Shown here one piece after another: positions 23,894 to 33,893 of a stretch of DNA of 39,465 nucleotides. The position numbers were made by a program, and so were the translations under genes. The stretch comes from a virus (lineage: Duplodnaviria; Heunggongvirae; Uroviricota; Caudoviricetes). Within the stretch, counting starts at the first letter, position 1. Each line of letters begins with the position of its first letter. The DNA lies in the IMG/VR virus record IMGVR_UViG_2526164598_000015, one strand, 5' to 3'. The notes under the pieces were generated by a model. The model was not told where the DNA came from. It made no database searches and saw nothing but the letters and a program-made list of their open reading frames with translations.

Positions 23894-25865
23894 TTCCTGG
23901 TTCAGGATGCAGGCTGGTCACCAGAGTGACGCGGATATTTATATTTATGACGAGATTGGTTTCTGGGGTGTTACAGCGAAGCAGTTTATCAGTGATCTGA
24001 ATGCACTGGGCGATATCACCCACATTAATCTCCATATCAATTCACCGGGTGGCGATGTCTTTGAAGGCATCGCCATTTTTAATGCGCTGAAAACACATGG
24101 TGCGTCCATTACCGTTTATGTCGACGGTGTGGCGGCGTCAATGGCGTCGGTCATTGCGATGGTGGGAAACCCGGTCATTATGCCGGAAAACACCTTCATG
24201 ATGATTCATAAACCATTTGGCTTTACGGGCGGTGATGCGGAGGACATGCGCACCTATGCCGACCTGCTCGATAAGGTTGAGGCGGTTCTGTTACTCGCTT
24301 ATGCACAGAAAACCGGGAAAACCACCGATGAAATTGCTGCCATGCTGGCGGATGAGACCTGGATGTCCGGTGCCGAATGTCTGGCACATGGATTTGCTGA
24401 TCAGGTGACACCAGCCGTTAAGGCAATGGCATGTATTCAGTCAAAACGTACAGAGGAATTTAAAAAGATGCCGGAATCCATTCGAAACATGATTACTCCG
24501 CCACGCAACAGTGCTCCACGCGTACAGGATGATGAACCTGCAGCCTCCCGGACGCCAGTGCAGGCCGCAGCACCCGTGGTGGATGAAAACAGTATCCGTG
24601 CGCAGGTACTGGCAGAGCAAAAAGCGCGTGTAAACGGTATTAATGATCTGTTTGCCATGTTTGGCGGGCGTTATCAGACGCTGCAGGCTCAGTGTCTTGC
24701 CGATCCTGAATGTTCGCTGGAGCAGGCCCGCGAAAAGCTGTTGAACGAGATGGGGCGCGAGTCCACGCCATCCAATAAAAATACCCCGGCTCATATTTAT
24801 GCCGGTAACGGTAATTTTGTGGGGGACGGGATCCGCCAGGCGCTGATGGCGCGTGCCGGATTTGAAAAAACCGAACGTGATAATGTCTACAACGGGATGA
24901 CCCTGCGTGAATATGCCCGTATGTCACTGACTGAACGGGGTATTGGGGTTTCCGGTTATAACCCGATGCAGATGGTCGGTGCGGCGTTCACACACAGTAC
25001 GTCTGACTTCGGTAATATTCTGCTGGATGTTGCGAACAAAGCCATTCTGCAGGGCTGGGAAGATGCTCCTGAAACCTATGAACAGTGGACGCGGAAAGGT
25101 CAGTTGTCTGATTTTAAAATTGCCCATCGTGTGGGTATGGGGGGCTTCAGTGCTCTGCGTCAGGTGCGTGAAGGGGCGGAATATAAATACGTCACCACCG
25201 GAGATAAACAGGCCACTATTGCACTGGCGACCTATGGCGAGCTGTTCAGTATCACCCGTCAGGCCATTATCAATGATGATCTGAATATGCTGACCGATGT
25301 CCCGATGAAACTGGGCCGTGCGGCGAAATCCACTATTGCCGATCTGGTTTATGCCATTCTGACGTCTAACCCGAAAATCTCCACAGATAATGTAAGTCTG
25401 TTCGATAAAGCGAAACATGCAAACGTACTGGAGAGCGCTGCAATGGACGTGGCATCGCTGGATAAAGCCCGCCAGTTGATGCGCGTTCAGAAAGAGGGGG
25501 AGCGTCATCTGAATATTCGTCCTGCGTTCGTACTGGTACCGACGGCGATGGAGTCTGTTGCTAACCAGGTCATTCGCTCCTCAAGTGTCAAGGGGGCTGA
25601 CATTAACGCCGGTATTATTAACCCGGTGAAAGATTTTGCGACCGTTATTGCAGAGCCTCGTCTTGATGATAACAGCCAGACCACCTTCTACCTGGCTGCG
25701 TCCAAAGGCTCCGATACGATTGAAGTGGCTTATCTCAACGGTGTGGATACGCCATATATTGATCAGATGGAGGGCTTCAGTGTGGATGGCGTGACAACGA
25801 AAGTGCGTATTGACGCCGGTGTCGCGCCAGTTGATCACCGCGGTCTGGTGAAATGTACGGCGTAA
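23838..25865 (+). CDS. Prohead protease (ClpP/S49-like) fused to HK97-fold major capsid protein
   Basis: GTG 23838 with AAGGAGG RBS, overlapping portal 3' end by 56 nt; N-terminal serine-protease region (..HINLHINSPGGDV..ASMASVIAM..); long C-terminal capsid-like domain. Confidence 0.8.
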   Translation: MPQRNDRSRSTPTTSPKNNSWFRMQAGHQSDADIYIYDEIGFWGVTAKQFISDLNALGDITHINLHINSPGGDVFEGIAIFNALKTHGASITVYVDGVAASMASVIAMVGNPVIMPENTFMMIHKPFGFTGGDAEDMRTYADLLDKVEAVLLLAYAQKTGKTTDEIAAMLADETWMSGAECLAHGFADQVTPAVKAMACIQSKRTEEFKKMPESIRNMITPPRNSAPRVQDDEPAASRTPVQAAAPVVDENSIRAQVLAEQKARVNGINDLFAMFGGRYQTLQAQCLADPECSLEQAREKLLNEMGRESTPSNKNTPAHIYAGNGNFVGDGIRQALMARAGFEKTERDNVYNGMTLREYARMSLTERGIGVSGYNPMQMVGAAFTHSTSDFGNILLDVANKAILQGWEDAPETYEQWTRKGQLSDFKIAHRVGMGGFSALRQVREGAEYKYVTTGDKQATIALATYGELFSITRQAIINDDLNMLTDVPMKLGRAAKSTIADLVYAILTSNPKISTDNVSLFDKAKHANVLESAAMDVASLDKARQLMRVQKEGERHLNIRPAFVLVPTAMESVANQVIRSSSVKGADINAGIINPVKDFATVIAEPRLDDNSQTTFYLAASKGSDTIEVAYLNGVDTPYIDQMEGFSVDGVTTKVRIDAGVAPVDHRGLVKCTA

Positions 25866-25887
25866 ACGTCGCAGACAACAACTCTGA

Positions 25888-25908
25888 TGGCCCGTAAGGG
25901 CTTTTTTT
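25888..25908 (+). terminator. Weak intrinsic terminator after capsid gene
   Basis: GCCC-GTAA-GGGC hairpin followed by TTTTTTT. Confidence 0.45.
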
Positions 25909-25951
25909 GTACCTGAAATCAGCCTCTGAACGGGGCTGTGCGGAGACAGTT

Positions 25952-26275
25952 ATGGCAAAGAATTTTGTAGAAGAAGGAAAAACGGTGGCGATTGTTGCCA
26001 GTGCAGCCATCAGCAGCGGAGATCTGGTGCAGGTGGGTGATGTTTTTGCGGTGGCGCTGACCGATATTCCACAGGGTGAAACAGGCGACGGCATGACCGA
26101 AGGTGTGTTTATCCTGCCTAAACTGAAAACGGATGACATGAAAACGGGTAAGAAGGTTTATCTGAAGTCCGGAAAAGTTCAGCTGACTAACAGCGGCTCT
26201 GATCCGCTGGTCGGGGTTGTCTGGGCAGATGCCGGAACCAGTGCAGAAGAAGTGCCGGTAAAACTCAATGTCTGA
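25952..26275 (+). CDS. Head-associated small protein (decoration/completion, uncertain)
   Basis: 107 aa; GGAG RBS; position immediately after capsid gene. Confidence 0.5.
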   Translation: MAKNFVEEGKTVAIVASAAISSGDLVQVGDVFAVALTDIPQGETGDGMTEGVFILPKLKTDDMKTGKKVYLKSGKVQLTNSGSDPLVGVVWADAGTSAEEVPVKLNV

Positions 26276-26543
26276 TCCCTTTTCCCGGCTGGCAGCGCGT
26301 ATGGATGCGATCACGGTCAGAAAGATGGGAAAGACAGCCTCGATTAATGATGTCGATATGGCTGTGATCCCGGGCGAAACACTGGCAGAGCTGAATGCTC
26401 TGTCCGGACCTGCGGTCTCTCTGGTGGTGTTTTCTTCGGGATACCGCCCACGGCGCGGGGATCGCGTTGTTTATGACGGACAACAATGGACGGTCACACG
26501 GCATGAACGTTTTAACGGTAAGCCAATGATCTTTATTGAGTAA
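26268..26543 (+). CDS. Putative head-tail adaptor / head completion protein
   Basis: 91 aa; overlaps previous stop; position between head and tail modules. Confidence 0.5.
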   Translation: MSDPFSRLAARMDAITVRKMGKTASINDVDMAVIPGETLAELNALSGPAVSLVVFSSGYRPRRGDRVVYDGQQWTVTRHERFNGKPMIFIE

Positions 26544-26554
26544 AGAGGTGTGGG

Positions 26555-27133
26555 ATGAAGGGGCTTGAGAATGCCATCCGCAATCTGAACAGCCTTGATA
26601 CCCGTATGGTGCCACAGGCCAGCGCATGGGCGATAAACCGTGTGGCACAGAAAGCGGTCTCGGTTGCCACCCGGCAGGTTGCCGGGAATACCGTTGCGGG
26701 AGATAACCAGGTGAAAGGGATCCCCCTGAAACTGGTACGTCAGCGTGTCCGGGTGTTTAAAGCCAGTCCGTCAGGAAAAATGACGGCCAGGATCCGCGTT
26801 AACCGGGGCAATCTGCCCGCCATTAAGCTGGGGACAGCCCGGGTCAGACTGGCCCGGCGTGGTGGAAAACTGCAGTACCGTGGCAGTGTGCTGAAGGTGG
26901 GTAAATATCTTTTCCGGGATGCGTTTATTCAGCAACTGGCGAATGGTCGCTGGCATGTGATGCGGCGTATTGATGGCAAAAATCGTTACCCCATTGATGT
27001 GGTGAAAATCCCGCTTTCCGGACCGCTGACACAGGCATTTGAAGATGCCCGCGACCGCATCATTGCTGCGGAAATGCCGAAACAGCTGGGGTATGCACTG
27101 AAACAACAACTGAGGTTATGGCTGACCCGATGA
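26555..27133 (+). CDS. Z: Minor tail protein Z-like
   Basis: 192 aa (same length as lambda Z); position immediately upstream of U and V. Confidence 0.7.
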   Translation: MKGLENAIRNLNSLDTRMVPQASAWAINRVAQKAVSVATRQVAGNTVAGDNQVKGIPLKLVRQRVRVFKASPSGKMTARIRVNRGNLPAIKLGTARVRLARRGGKLQYRGSVLKVGKYLFRDAFIQQLANGRWHVMRRIDGKNRYPIDVVKIPLSGPLTQAFEDARDRIIAAEMPKQLGYALKQQLRLWLTR

Positions 27134-27531
27134 ACCGACATACACAAATCCGCCAGGCCGTACTGGCACGCCTTCGGGAACAGTGTGGAGACAGCGCCAC
27201 GTTTTTTGACGGGCTTCCGGCATTTATTGATGCGCAGGAACTGCCTGCCGTGGCGGTGTGGCTGAGTGATGCTCAGTACACCGGAAAAATGACGGATGAA
27301 GATGACTGGCAGGCTGTTCTGCATATTGCTGTCTTCATCCGGGCACAGGCACCGGATTCAGAGCTGGATATGTGGATGGAGAGCACCATTTTCCCGGCCC
27401 TGAATGATATACCGGCACTTTCCGGACTCATCGACACCCTGATCCCTCTCGGTTTTAACTATCAACGTGATAATGAGATGGCCACCTGGGCGATGGCGGA
27501 AATCACGTACCAGATCACGTACACGAATTAA
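27118..27531 (+). CDS. U: Tail terminator protein U
   Basis: Strong similarity to lambda U as recalled (..ATFFDG.PA..D...PAVAV.L..A.YTG...D.D.WQA.LHI.VF..AQ.PDSELD.WMES.I.P...DIPALS.LI..). Confidence 0.85.
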   Translation: MADPMNRHTQIRQAVLARLREQCGDSATFFDGLPAFIDAQELPAVAVWLSDAQYTGKMTDEDDWQAVLHIAVFIRAQAPDSELDMWMESTIFPALNDIPALSGLIDTLIPLGFNYQRDNEMATWAMAEITYQITYTN

Positions 27532-27542
27532 AGGAGGTGGCA

Positions 27543-28286
27543 ATGACCACACCAAATCCACTGGCAAAAACGAAAGGTGCGGGAACGACGTTCTGGATGT
27601 ACACCGGCAAGGGCGATGCGTTTGCGAACCCTTTATCGGACACTGACTGGCTGCGTCTTGCGATGGTGAAGGATCTGCAACCTGGCGAAATGACCGCTGA
27701 TGCAGAAGATGACTCTTATCTCGATGATGAAGATGCAGACTGGAAAACGACAACCCAGGGGCAGAAATCCGTCGGTGATACTTCGGCGACGCTGGCCTGG
27801 CGTCCGGGTGACAGCGGGCAGAAAAAACTGGTTCAGTTGTTCGACTCCGGTGAAGTCTGCGCGTTTCGTATCAAATATCCCAACGGCACTGTTGATGTTT
27901 TCCGTGGCTGGCTGAGCTCACTGGGTAAAACCATTGCCTCAAAAGACGTGATGACCCGCACAGTGAAAATCAGCGGTGTGGGGCGTCCGTATCTGGCAGA
28001 GGAAGGCACTGAAACAGTGAGCGTTACCGGGCTGACGGTGGCACCGGCATCTGCCAGTGTAAAAGTGGGAGCAACCACCACGCTGACCTTTACAGTAAAA
28101 CCTGACGGAGCCAGTGACAAAGCGATCAGTGTGCATTCGACAGATCCACAGACTGCCACGGTGACCCTGAACGGGCTTGTGGCCACGGTGAAAGGCGTGA
28201 AGCAGGGCAGTGTCAGCATTGTGGGCATGACTTCTGACGGCGATTTTGTGGCAGTGGCTGCGGTGGCTGTCAGCGCCGCAGGTTAA
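27543..28286 (+). CDS. V: Major tail protein V with C-terminal Ig-like domain
   Basis: ATG 27543 with AAGGAGG RBS; near-identity to lambda V core (..KGAGTT.W.Y.G.GD..ANPLSD.DW.RLA.VKDL.PGE.TA...DDSYLDDEDADW..T.QGQKS.GDTS.TLAW.PG..). Confidence 0.9.
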   Translation: MTTPNPLAKTKGAGTTFWMYTGKGDAFANPLSDTDWLRLAMVKDLQPGEMTADAEDDSYLDDEDADWKTTTQGQKSVGDTSATLAWRPGDSGQKKLVQLFDSGEVCAFRIKYPNGTVDVFRGWLSSLGKTIASKDVMTRTVKISGVGRPYLAEEGTETVSVTGLTVAPASASVKVGATTTLTFTVKPDGASDKAISVHSTDPQTATVTLNGLVATVKGVKQGSVSIVGMTSDGDFVAVAAVAVSAAG

Positions 28287-28306
28287 CAGGACGATACTCA
28301 TCATTT

Positions 28307-28330
28307 GCCCCGGTTATCCGGGGCTTTTTT
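28307..28330 (+). terminator. Intrinsic terminator/attenuator between V and G
   Basis: GCCCCGG-TTAT-CCGGGGC hairpin followed by TTTTTT. Confidence 0.5.
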
Positions 28331-28343
28331 GCAGGTGGAGAAC

Positions 28344-28733
28344 ATGATGTTTCTGAAACAGGGCACGTTTAATTATGAAAAGCAGTCCGTGGTGCTCAGT
28401 GAGCTGTCCGGGCTGCAGAGAATTGAATATCTGGCGTTTGTTCAGCAGCGAACGGCAAAGTTTGATGCCGAAGAGGGAGAACTGCCGGAGGCTGAACGAC
28501 AGATTGCTTTTCTGCGGATGGGGATGGATATCAATGCCTGGCTGGTTTCCCGCTCACTGTGGAATGCGGAACAGTCTCAGGATGTTGAGACGCTTTGCGC
28601 ATCCGTTATTACAACATGGTCGTATGATGCCCTGGGAGCGGGGGCGGAGATGGTTCTGTCGCTGAGCGGTATGGGAGCCATTGAGAATGCCGGGGATTTG
28701 GAGCATGAGGTGCTGACGCCGGAAAAGTCCTGA
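28344..28733 (+). CDS. G: Tail assembly chaperone G
   Basis: Starts MMFLKQGTF.. like lambda G (MFLKTESF..); GGTGGAG RBS; ends just after the slippery site. Confidence 0.8.
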   Translation: MMFLKQGTFNYEKQSVVLSELSGLQRIEYLAFVQQRTAKFDAEEGELPEAERQIAFLRMGMDINAWLVSRSLWNAEQSQDVETLCASVITTWSYDALGAGAEMVLSLSGMGAIENAGDLEHEVLTPEKS

Positions 28734-29071
28734 CGCGGGAAATGCAGTTTGTCATGCGGCTTGCCCGGGAGTTCCGGCGGGCAGACTGGCGGCGGATGCT
28801 GTCGGAAATGTCGGCCACTGAGCTTGGTGAGTGGGGCGATTATTTCCGGATGCAGAGCTTCAGTGATGTGTGGATGGATGCGCAGTTTGCCTCGCTGAAG
28901 GCATTGATCGTGAGAATGGTGTCCGGTAGCAGTGATGCTGCGGTGGCTGATTTCAGCCTTTTACCGGAAGAGAACGGGATACCGGAGCGAACGGACGAAG
29001 AACTGATGCATCTTGGGGAAGGTATTTCCGGAGGTGTGCGTTATGGACCAGATAGCCAACCTGGTCATTGA
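28722..29071 (+). CDS. T: T-frame portion of tail assembly chaperone, expressed as G-T fusion by -1 ribosomal frameshift
   Basis: Open -1 frame from 28709; slippery G GAA AAG at 28721-28727 in the last codons of G (lambda uses G GGA AAG at the equivalent place). Confidence 0.7.
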
Positions 29072-32000
29072 TTTGGGGATTGATGCGGCAGAGTTTAAAA
29101 ATGAAATTCCCCGTATCAAAAACCTTCTGAATGGTGCAGCCAGCGATGCAGAACGGTCTTCTGCCCGTATGCAGCGTTTTATGGAGCGTCAGACTCAGGC
29201 CGCCCGGCAGACAATGCAGGCGGCTTCTTCGGCTGCAACAGCCGCATCCGTCCATGCGCAGACGGTGGAGAAGAGCGCACAGGCTCATGAACGCATGGCC
29301 CGCGAGGTGGAGCAAACCCGCCAGCGTATGGAGGCACTGAGCCAGAAAATGCGCGAGGAACAGGCGCAGGCCATGGCTCTGGCGGAGGCTCAGGATAAAG
29401 CGGCTGCCGCGTTTTATCGTCAGATTGACAGTGTGAAACAGGCCAGTGCGGGGCTGCAGGAATTACAGCGTATTCAGCAGCAGATCCGACAGGCCAGAAA
29501 CAGTGGCGGGATTGGTCAGCAGGATTATCTGGCGCTGATTTCTGAGGTTACGGCGAAAACCCGTGTTCTTACGCAGGCTGAGGCAGAGGCTACCCGACAG
29601 AAAGTGGCGTTTATCCGTCAGCTTAAAGAGCAGGCAACCCGCCAGAATCTTTCCTCTTCTGAGTTGCTTCGTGCTAAGGCTGCCCAGCTGGGGGTAAGCA
29701 GTGCTGCAGAAGTGTATATCCGCAAAATGGAGCAGGCAGGAAAAGCCACGCATTCGCTGGGTCTGAAAAGTGCAGCGGCCCGCCAGGAGATAGGCGTTCT
29801 GATAGGTGAACTGGCTCGCGGCAATTTAGGTGCGCTGAGGGGATCCGGGATAACGCTGGCTAACCGTGCCGGATGGATAGACACACTGATGTCACCGAAA
29901 GGCATGATGCTGGGCGGGGTTATTGGCGGTATTGCCGCGGCCGTCTATGGTCTGGGTAAAGCCTGGTATGATGGTCAGAAGGAGGGGGAAGAATTTAACC
30001 GCCAGTTGTCGCTGACGGGGCATTATGCCGGAGTCACTGCCGGGCAGCTGTGGACGCTCAGTCGTGCTATTTCCGGGAATGGTATTACGCAACATGCTGC
30101 AGCCGGTGCGCTGGCTCAGGTGGTGGGGAGTGGTGCATTTCGTGGAAACGATATCGGTATGGTGGCGAGAGCTGCCGCACAGATGGAGCGATCGGTTGGC
30201 CAGTCGGTCGGCGATACCATAAATCAGTTTAAGCGGCTGAAGGATGATCCTGTAAATGCCGCGAAGGCTCTGGACAATGAGCTGCATTTTCTTACTGCCA
30301 CTCAGCTTGAGCAGATACGCGTCCTTGGGGAACAGGGGCGGTCCAGTGATGCGGCACGGATAGCCATGTCTGCACTGGCAGAGGAAACCGGTCGGCGTAC
30401 TGCGGATATTGATAATAACCTCAATGCGCTGGGCAGTACGCTGAAGTATCTGTCTGATTTATGGAGTCGTTTCTGGGATGCGGCCATGAATATTGGTCGT
30501 GAAGACTCGCTGGATGAACAGATTTCCGCTTTACAGGAGAAAGTGTCGCGGGCGAAAAGACTCCCCTGGACGGCATCATCTTCTCAGGTTGAGTACGATC
30601 AGCAGCGTCTTAACGAGCTTCAGGAGAAAAAACGCCAGAAGGATTTGCAGGATGCAAAAGAGCAGGCAGAGCGGAATTATCAGGAGCAACAGAAACGCCG
30701 TAATGCTGAAAATGCTGCACTGAACCGGATGAATGAAACGGAAGCAGCACGACATCAGCGTGAAATTGCGCGTATTAATGCCATGCAGTACGCCGATCAG
30801 GCTGTCAGGGATGCGGCGATACAACGTGAAAATGAACGTTACGAGAAAGCCCTGGCATCCGGTAAGAAAAAAACACGCGAATCCCGTAATGATGAGGCCA
30901 CCCGGTTATTGCTGCAGTACAGTCAGCAACAGGCACAGGTGGAAGGACAGATTGCTGCTGCCAGACAGTCAGCAGGCATTGCCACGGAAAGGATGACAGA
31001 AGCGCATAAACAGCTTCTGGCTCTGCAGCAGCGCATCAGCGACCTGGACGGGAAAAAACTGACGGCAGATGAAAAGAGTGTGCTGGCCCGTAAAGATGAA
31101 CTGATTCAGGCACTGACGCTGCTGGATGTAAAACAGCAGGAGCTTCAGAAACAGACGGCACTCAACGAGCTGAAGAAAAAAACAATTCAACTGACCAGTC
31201 AACTGGCTGAAGAAGAGCGCGCTCAGCGTCAGCAACATGACCTGGATATCGCCACGGTGGGTATGGGTGATCAGCAGCGGCAGCGATATCAGGTACAACT
31301 GAGTCTTCGCCAGAAATACCAGCAACAGCTGGAGCAGTTGAGGCGGGATAGTGAGCAGAAAGGAACATATAACACGGATGACTACAGAAAGGCCGAGCAG
31401 GCGCTGACGGAGAGCCTGAACCGACAACTGAATGAGAATCGCCGTTACTGGCAACAGCTTGAAGTTGTGCAGGGTAACTGGAAAAACGGAGTCCTGCGTG
31501 CATTTCAGGATTTTACCGTGGATGCAGATAATACGGCAGGAACAGCAGAACAGGTGTTCTCGTCAGCCTTCAGCAACATGGGAAATGGCCTGGCAACTTT
31601 TGTCACTACCGGCAAACTCAATTTCAAATCCTTCACCTCTTCTGTGCTGTCAGATATGGCGAAAATCCTGGCGCAGGCAACCATGATGAAATCGATAAAA
31701 GGGATTGGCAGTGTACTGGGATTTGATCTCAGCAGCCTTTCCCTGAATGCCAATGGGGGGATTTATCAGTCTGCTGATTTGAGTCGTTACAGTGGCACGG
31801 TGGTTAACCGTCCGACGTTTTTTGCTTTTGCAAAAGGCGCGGGTGTGATGGGGGAAGCGGGACCTGAAGCCATTCTGCCACTGCGTCGTGGTGCTGACGG
31901 TAAGCTGGGGGTTGTGGCGGATATTGGTGGTTCAGGTATGGCGATGTTTGCCCCGCAGTACAACATCGAGATCAATAACGATGGCACGAACGGGCAGATA

Positions 32001-32108
32001 GGTCCGGCTGCCCTGAAGGTGGTTTATGACCTTGGGAAAAAAGCGGCAGCGGACTTTATGCAACAGCAGGCCCGTGATGGTGGTCGGTTAAGTGGAGCAT
32101 ATCGGTAA
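29043..32108 (+). CDS. H: Tail tape measure protein H
   Basis: About 1020 aa, coiled-coil rich; C-terminus ..NNDGTNGQIGPAALKVVYDLGKKAAADFMQQQARDGGRLSGAYR matches lambda H end as recalled. Confidence 0.9.
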   Translation: MDQIANLVIDLGIDAAEFKNEIPRIKNLLNGAASDAERSSARMQRFMERQTQAARQTMQAASSAATAASVHAQTVEKSAQAHERMAREVEQTRQRMEALSQKMREEQAQAMALAEAQDKAAAAFYRQIDSVKQASAGLQELQRIQQQIRQARNSGGIGQQDYLALISEVTAKTRVLTQAEAEATRQKVAFIRQLKEQATRQNLSSSELLRAKAAQLGVSSAAEVYIRKMEQAGKATHSLGLKSAAARQEIGVLIGELARGNLGALRGSGITLANRAGWIDTLMSPKGMMLGGVIGGIAAAVYGLGKAWYDGQKEGEEFNRQLSLTGHYAGVTAGQLWTLSRAISGNGITQHAAAGALAQVVGSGAFRGNDIGMVARAAAQMERSVGQSVGDTINQFKRLKDDPVNAAKALDNELHFLTATQLEQIRVLGEQGRSSDAARIAMSALAEETGRRTADIDNNLNALGSTLKYLSDLWSRFWDAAMNIGREDSLDEQISALQEKVSRAKRLPWTASSSQVEYDQQRLNELQEKKRQKDLQDAKEQAERNYQEQQKRRNAENAALNRMNETEAARHQREIARINAMQYADQAVRDAAIQRENERYEKALASGKKKTRESRNDEATRLLLQYSQQQAQVEGQIAAARQSAGIATERMTEAHKQLLALQQRISDLDGKKLTADEKSVLARKDELIQALTLLDVKQQELQKQTALNELKKKTIQLTSQLAEEERAQRQQHDLDIATVGMGDQQRQRYQVQLSLRQKYQQQLEQLRRDSEQKGTYNTDDYRKAEQALTESLNRQLNENRRYWQQLEVVQGNWKNGVLRAFQDFTVDADNTAGTAEQVFSSAFSNMGNGLATFVTTGKLNFKSFTSSVLSDMAKILAQATMMKSIKGIGSVLGFDLSSLSLNANGGIYQSADLSRYSGTVVNRPTFFAFAKGAGVMGEAGPEAILPLRRGADGKLGVVADIGGSGMAMFAPQYNIEINNDGTNGQIGPAALKVVYDLGKKAAADFMQQQARDGGRLSGAYR

Positions 32109-32437
32109 TGGAGACGTTTCACTGGAAAGTGCGCCCGGATATGAATGTGGTATCAGAGCCGAAAGTGGTGACAGTGAAGCTGGGCGATGGTTATGAACAG
32201 CGTCGTGCGGCGGGACTGAATAACCAGTTGTCGATTTACAGCGTGACGATACGTGTTCGTAAATGTGAACACCCATCTTTAAAAGCCTTTCTGGAACGGC
32301 ACGGTGGCGTCCGCGCATTTCAGTGGACGCCACCTTATGACTGGAAGCCGATCAGGGTGGTTTGTCGTAAATGGTCGGCAAGCGTGGGGGCGTTGTGGGT
32401 AACCATAACGGCAGATTTTGAACAGGTCGTGGCATAG
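32108..32437 (+). CDS. M: Minor tail protein M
   Basis: 109 aa, METFHWKVRPDMNVVS... close to lambda M (MKTFRWKVKPGMDVAS...). Confidence 0.9.
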   Translation: METFHWKVRPDMNVVSEPKVVTVKLGDGYEQRRAAGLNNQLSIYSVTIRVRKCEHPSLKAFLERHGGVRAFQWTPPYDWKPIRVVCRKWSASVGALWVTITADFEQVVA

Positions 32438-32446
32438 GAGTCTCTG

Positions 32447-33145
32447 ATGCAGGATATTCCACAGGAAACACATCATGAGACGACACGCCTCACTCAGTCA
32501 GCTCAGGTGGTGCTCTGGGAAATCGATCTGACAGTGGTCGGTGGAGAACGTTATTTTTTCTGTAATGAGCAGAACGATAAAGGTGAGCCGGTCACCTGGC
32601 AGGGGCGACAGTATCAGGCGTATCCCATTCAGGGGACGGGATTTGAACTGAACGGCAAAGGCAGTGCTGCCCGTCCGACACTGACGGTTTCTAACCTGCA
32701 CGGCATGGTCACCGGGATGGCGGAAGACCTGCAGAGTCTGGTCGGAGGAACGGTGGTCCGGCGTAAGGTTTACGCCCGTTTTCTGGATGCGGTGAACTTC
32801 GTCAACGGAAATAGCGATGCCGATCCGGAGCAGGAGGTGATCAGCCGCTGGCGCATCGAGCAGTGCAGCGAACTGAGCGCGGTGAGCGCCTCTTTTGTAC
32901 TGTCCACGCCGACGGAAACGGATGGCGCTGTTTTTCCGGGGCGCATCATGCTGGCCAACACCTGTACCTGGACCTATCGCGGTGATGAGTGCGGTTATAG
33001 CGGTCCGGCTGTCGCGGATGAATATGACCAGCCGACGTCCGATATCACGAAAGATAAATGCAGTAAATGCCTGAGTGGCTGTAAGTTTCGCAATAATGTC
33101 GGCAACTTTGGCGGCTTCCTTTCCATTAACAAACTTTCGCAGTAA
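32447..33145 (+). CDS. L: Minor tail protein L
   Basis: 232 aa; near-identical to lambda L over most of its length as recalled. Confidence 0.9.
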   Translation: MQDIPQETHHETTRLTQSAQVVLWEIDLTVVGGERYFFCNEQNDKGEPVTWQGRQYQAYPIQGTGFELNGKGSAARPTLTVSNLHGMVTGMAEDLQSLVGGTVVRRKVYARFLDAVNFVNGNSDADPEQEVISRWRIEQCSELSAVSASFVLSTPTETDGAVFPGRIMLANTCTWTYRGDECGYSGPAVADEYDQPTSDITKDKCSKCLSGCKFRNNVGNFGGFLSINKLSQ

Positions 33146-33149
33146 TCCC

Positions 33150-33893
33150 ATGACAGAGACAGAATCAGCGATTCTGGCGCACGCCCGGCGATGTGCGCCA
33201 GCGGAGTCGTGCGGCTTCGTGGTGAGAACGCCGGAGGGGGAAAGATATTTTCCCTGCGTGAATATCTCCGGTGAGCCGGAGGCGTATTTCCGGATGTCGC
33301 CGGAGGACTGGCTGCAGGCAGAAATGCAGGGTGAGATTGTGGCGCTGGTCCACAGTCACCCCGGTGGTCTGCCCTGGCTGAGTGAGGCCGATCGGCGGCT
33401 GCAGGTGCAGAGTGATTTGCCGTGGTGGCTGGTCTGCCGGGGGACGATTTACAAGTTCCGCTGTGTGCCACATCTTACCGGGCGGCGCTTTGAGCACGGG
33501 GTGACGGACTGTTACACGCTGTTCCGGGATGCTTACCATCTGGCGGGGATTGAGATGCCGGATTTTCATCGCGGGGATGACTGGTGGCATCACGGTCAGA
33601 ATCTCTATCTGGATAATCTGGAGGCCACAGGGCTGTATCAGGTGCCGTTGTCAGCGGCGCAGCCGGGCGATGTGCTGCTGTGCTGTTTTGGTTCATCGGT
33701 GCCGAATCATGCCGCCATTTACTGCGGTGACGGCGAGCTGTTGCACCATATTCCTGAACAACTGAGCAAACGAGAGAGGTACACAGACAAATGGCAGCGA
33801 CGCACACACTCCCTCTGGCGTCACCAGGCATGGCACGCATCTGCCTTTACGGGGATTTGCAACGATTTGGCCGCCGCATCGACCTTCGTGTGA
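33150..33893 (+). CDS. K: Tail assembly protein K (JAB/MPN plus NlpC/P60-like domains)
   Basis: Starts MTETESAILAHARRCAPAESCGFVV... as lambda K; HSHP metal-site motif. Confidence 0.9.
   Translation: MTETESAILAHARRCAPAESCGFVVRTPEGERYFPCVNISGEPEAYFRMSPEDWLQAEMQGEIVALVHSHPGGLPWLSEADRRLQVQSDLPWWLVCRGTIYKFRCVPHLTGRRFEHGVTDCYTLFRDAYHLAGIEMPDFHRGDDWWHHGQNLYLDNLEATGLYQVPLSAAQPGDVLLCCFGSSVPNHAAIYCGDGELLHHIPEQLSKRERYTDKWQRRTHSLWRHQAWHASAFTGICNDLAAASTFV

Noticed and set aside
23485-25508. Minus-strand ORFs (62-194 aa) inside the portal and capsid genes
   Set aside because: Antisense to strongly supported head genes; no start context
29463-31503. Multiple minus-strand and alternate-frame ORFs inside the tape measure gene
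   Set aside because: The tape measure frame matches lambda H at its C-terminus and is continuous; the others are antisense or overlapping-frame artefacts
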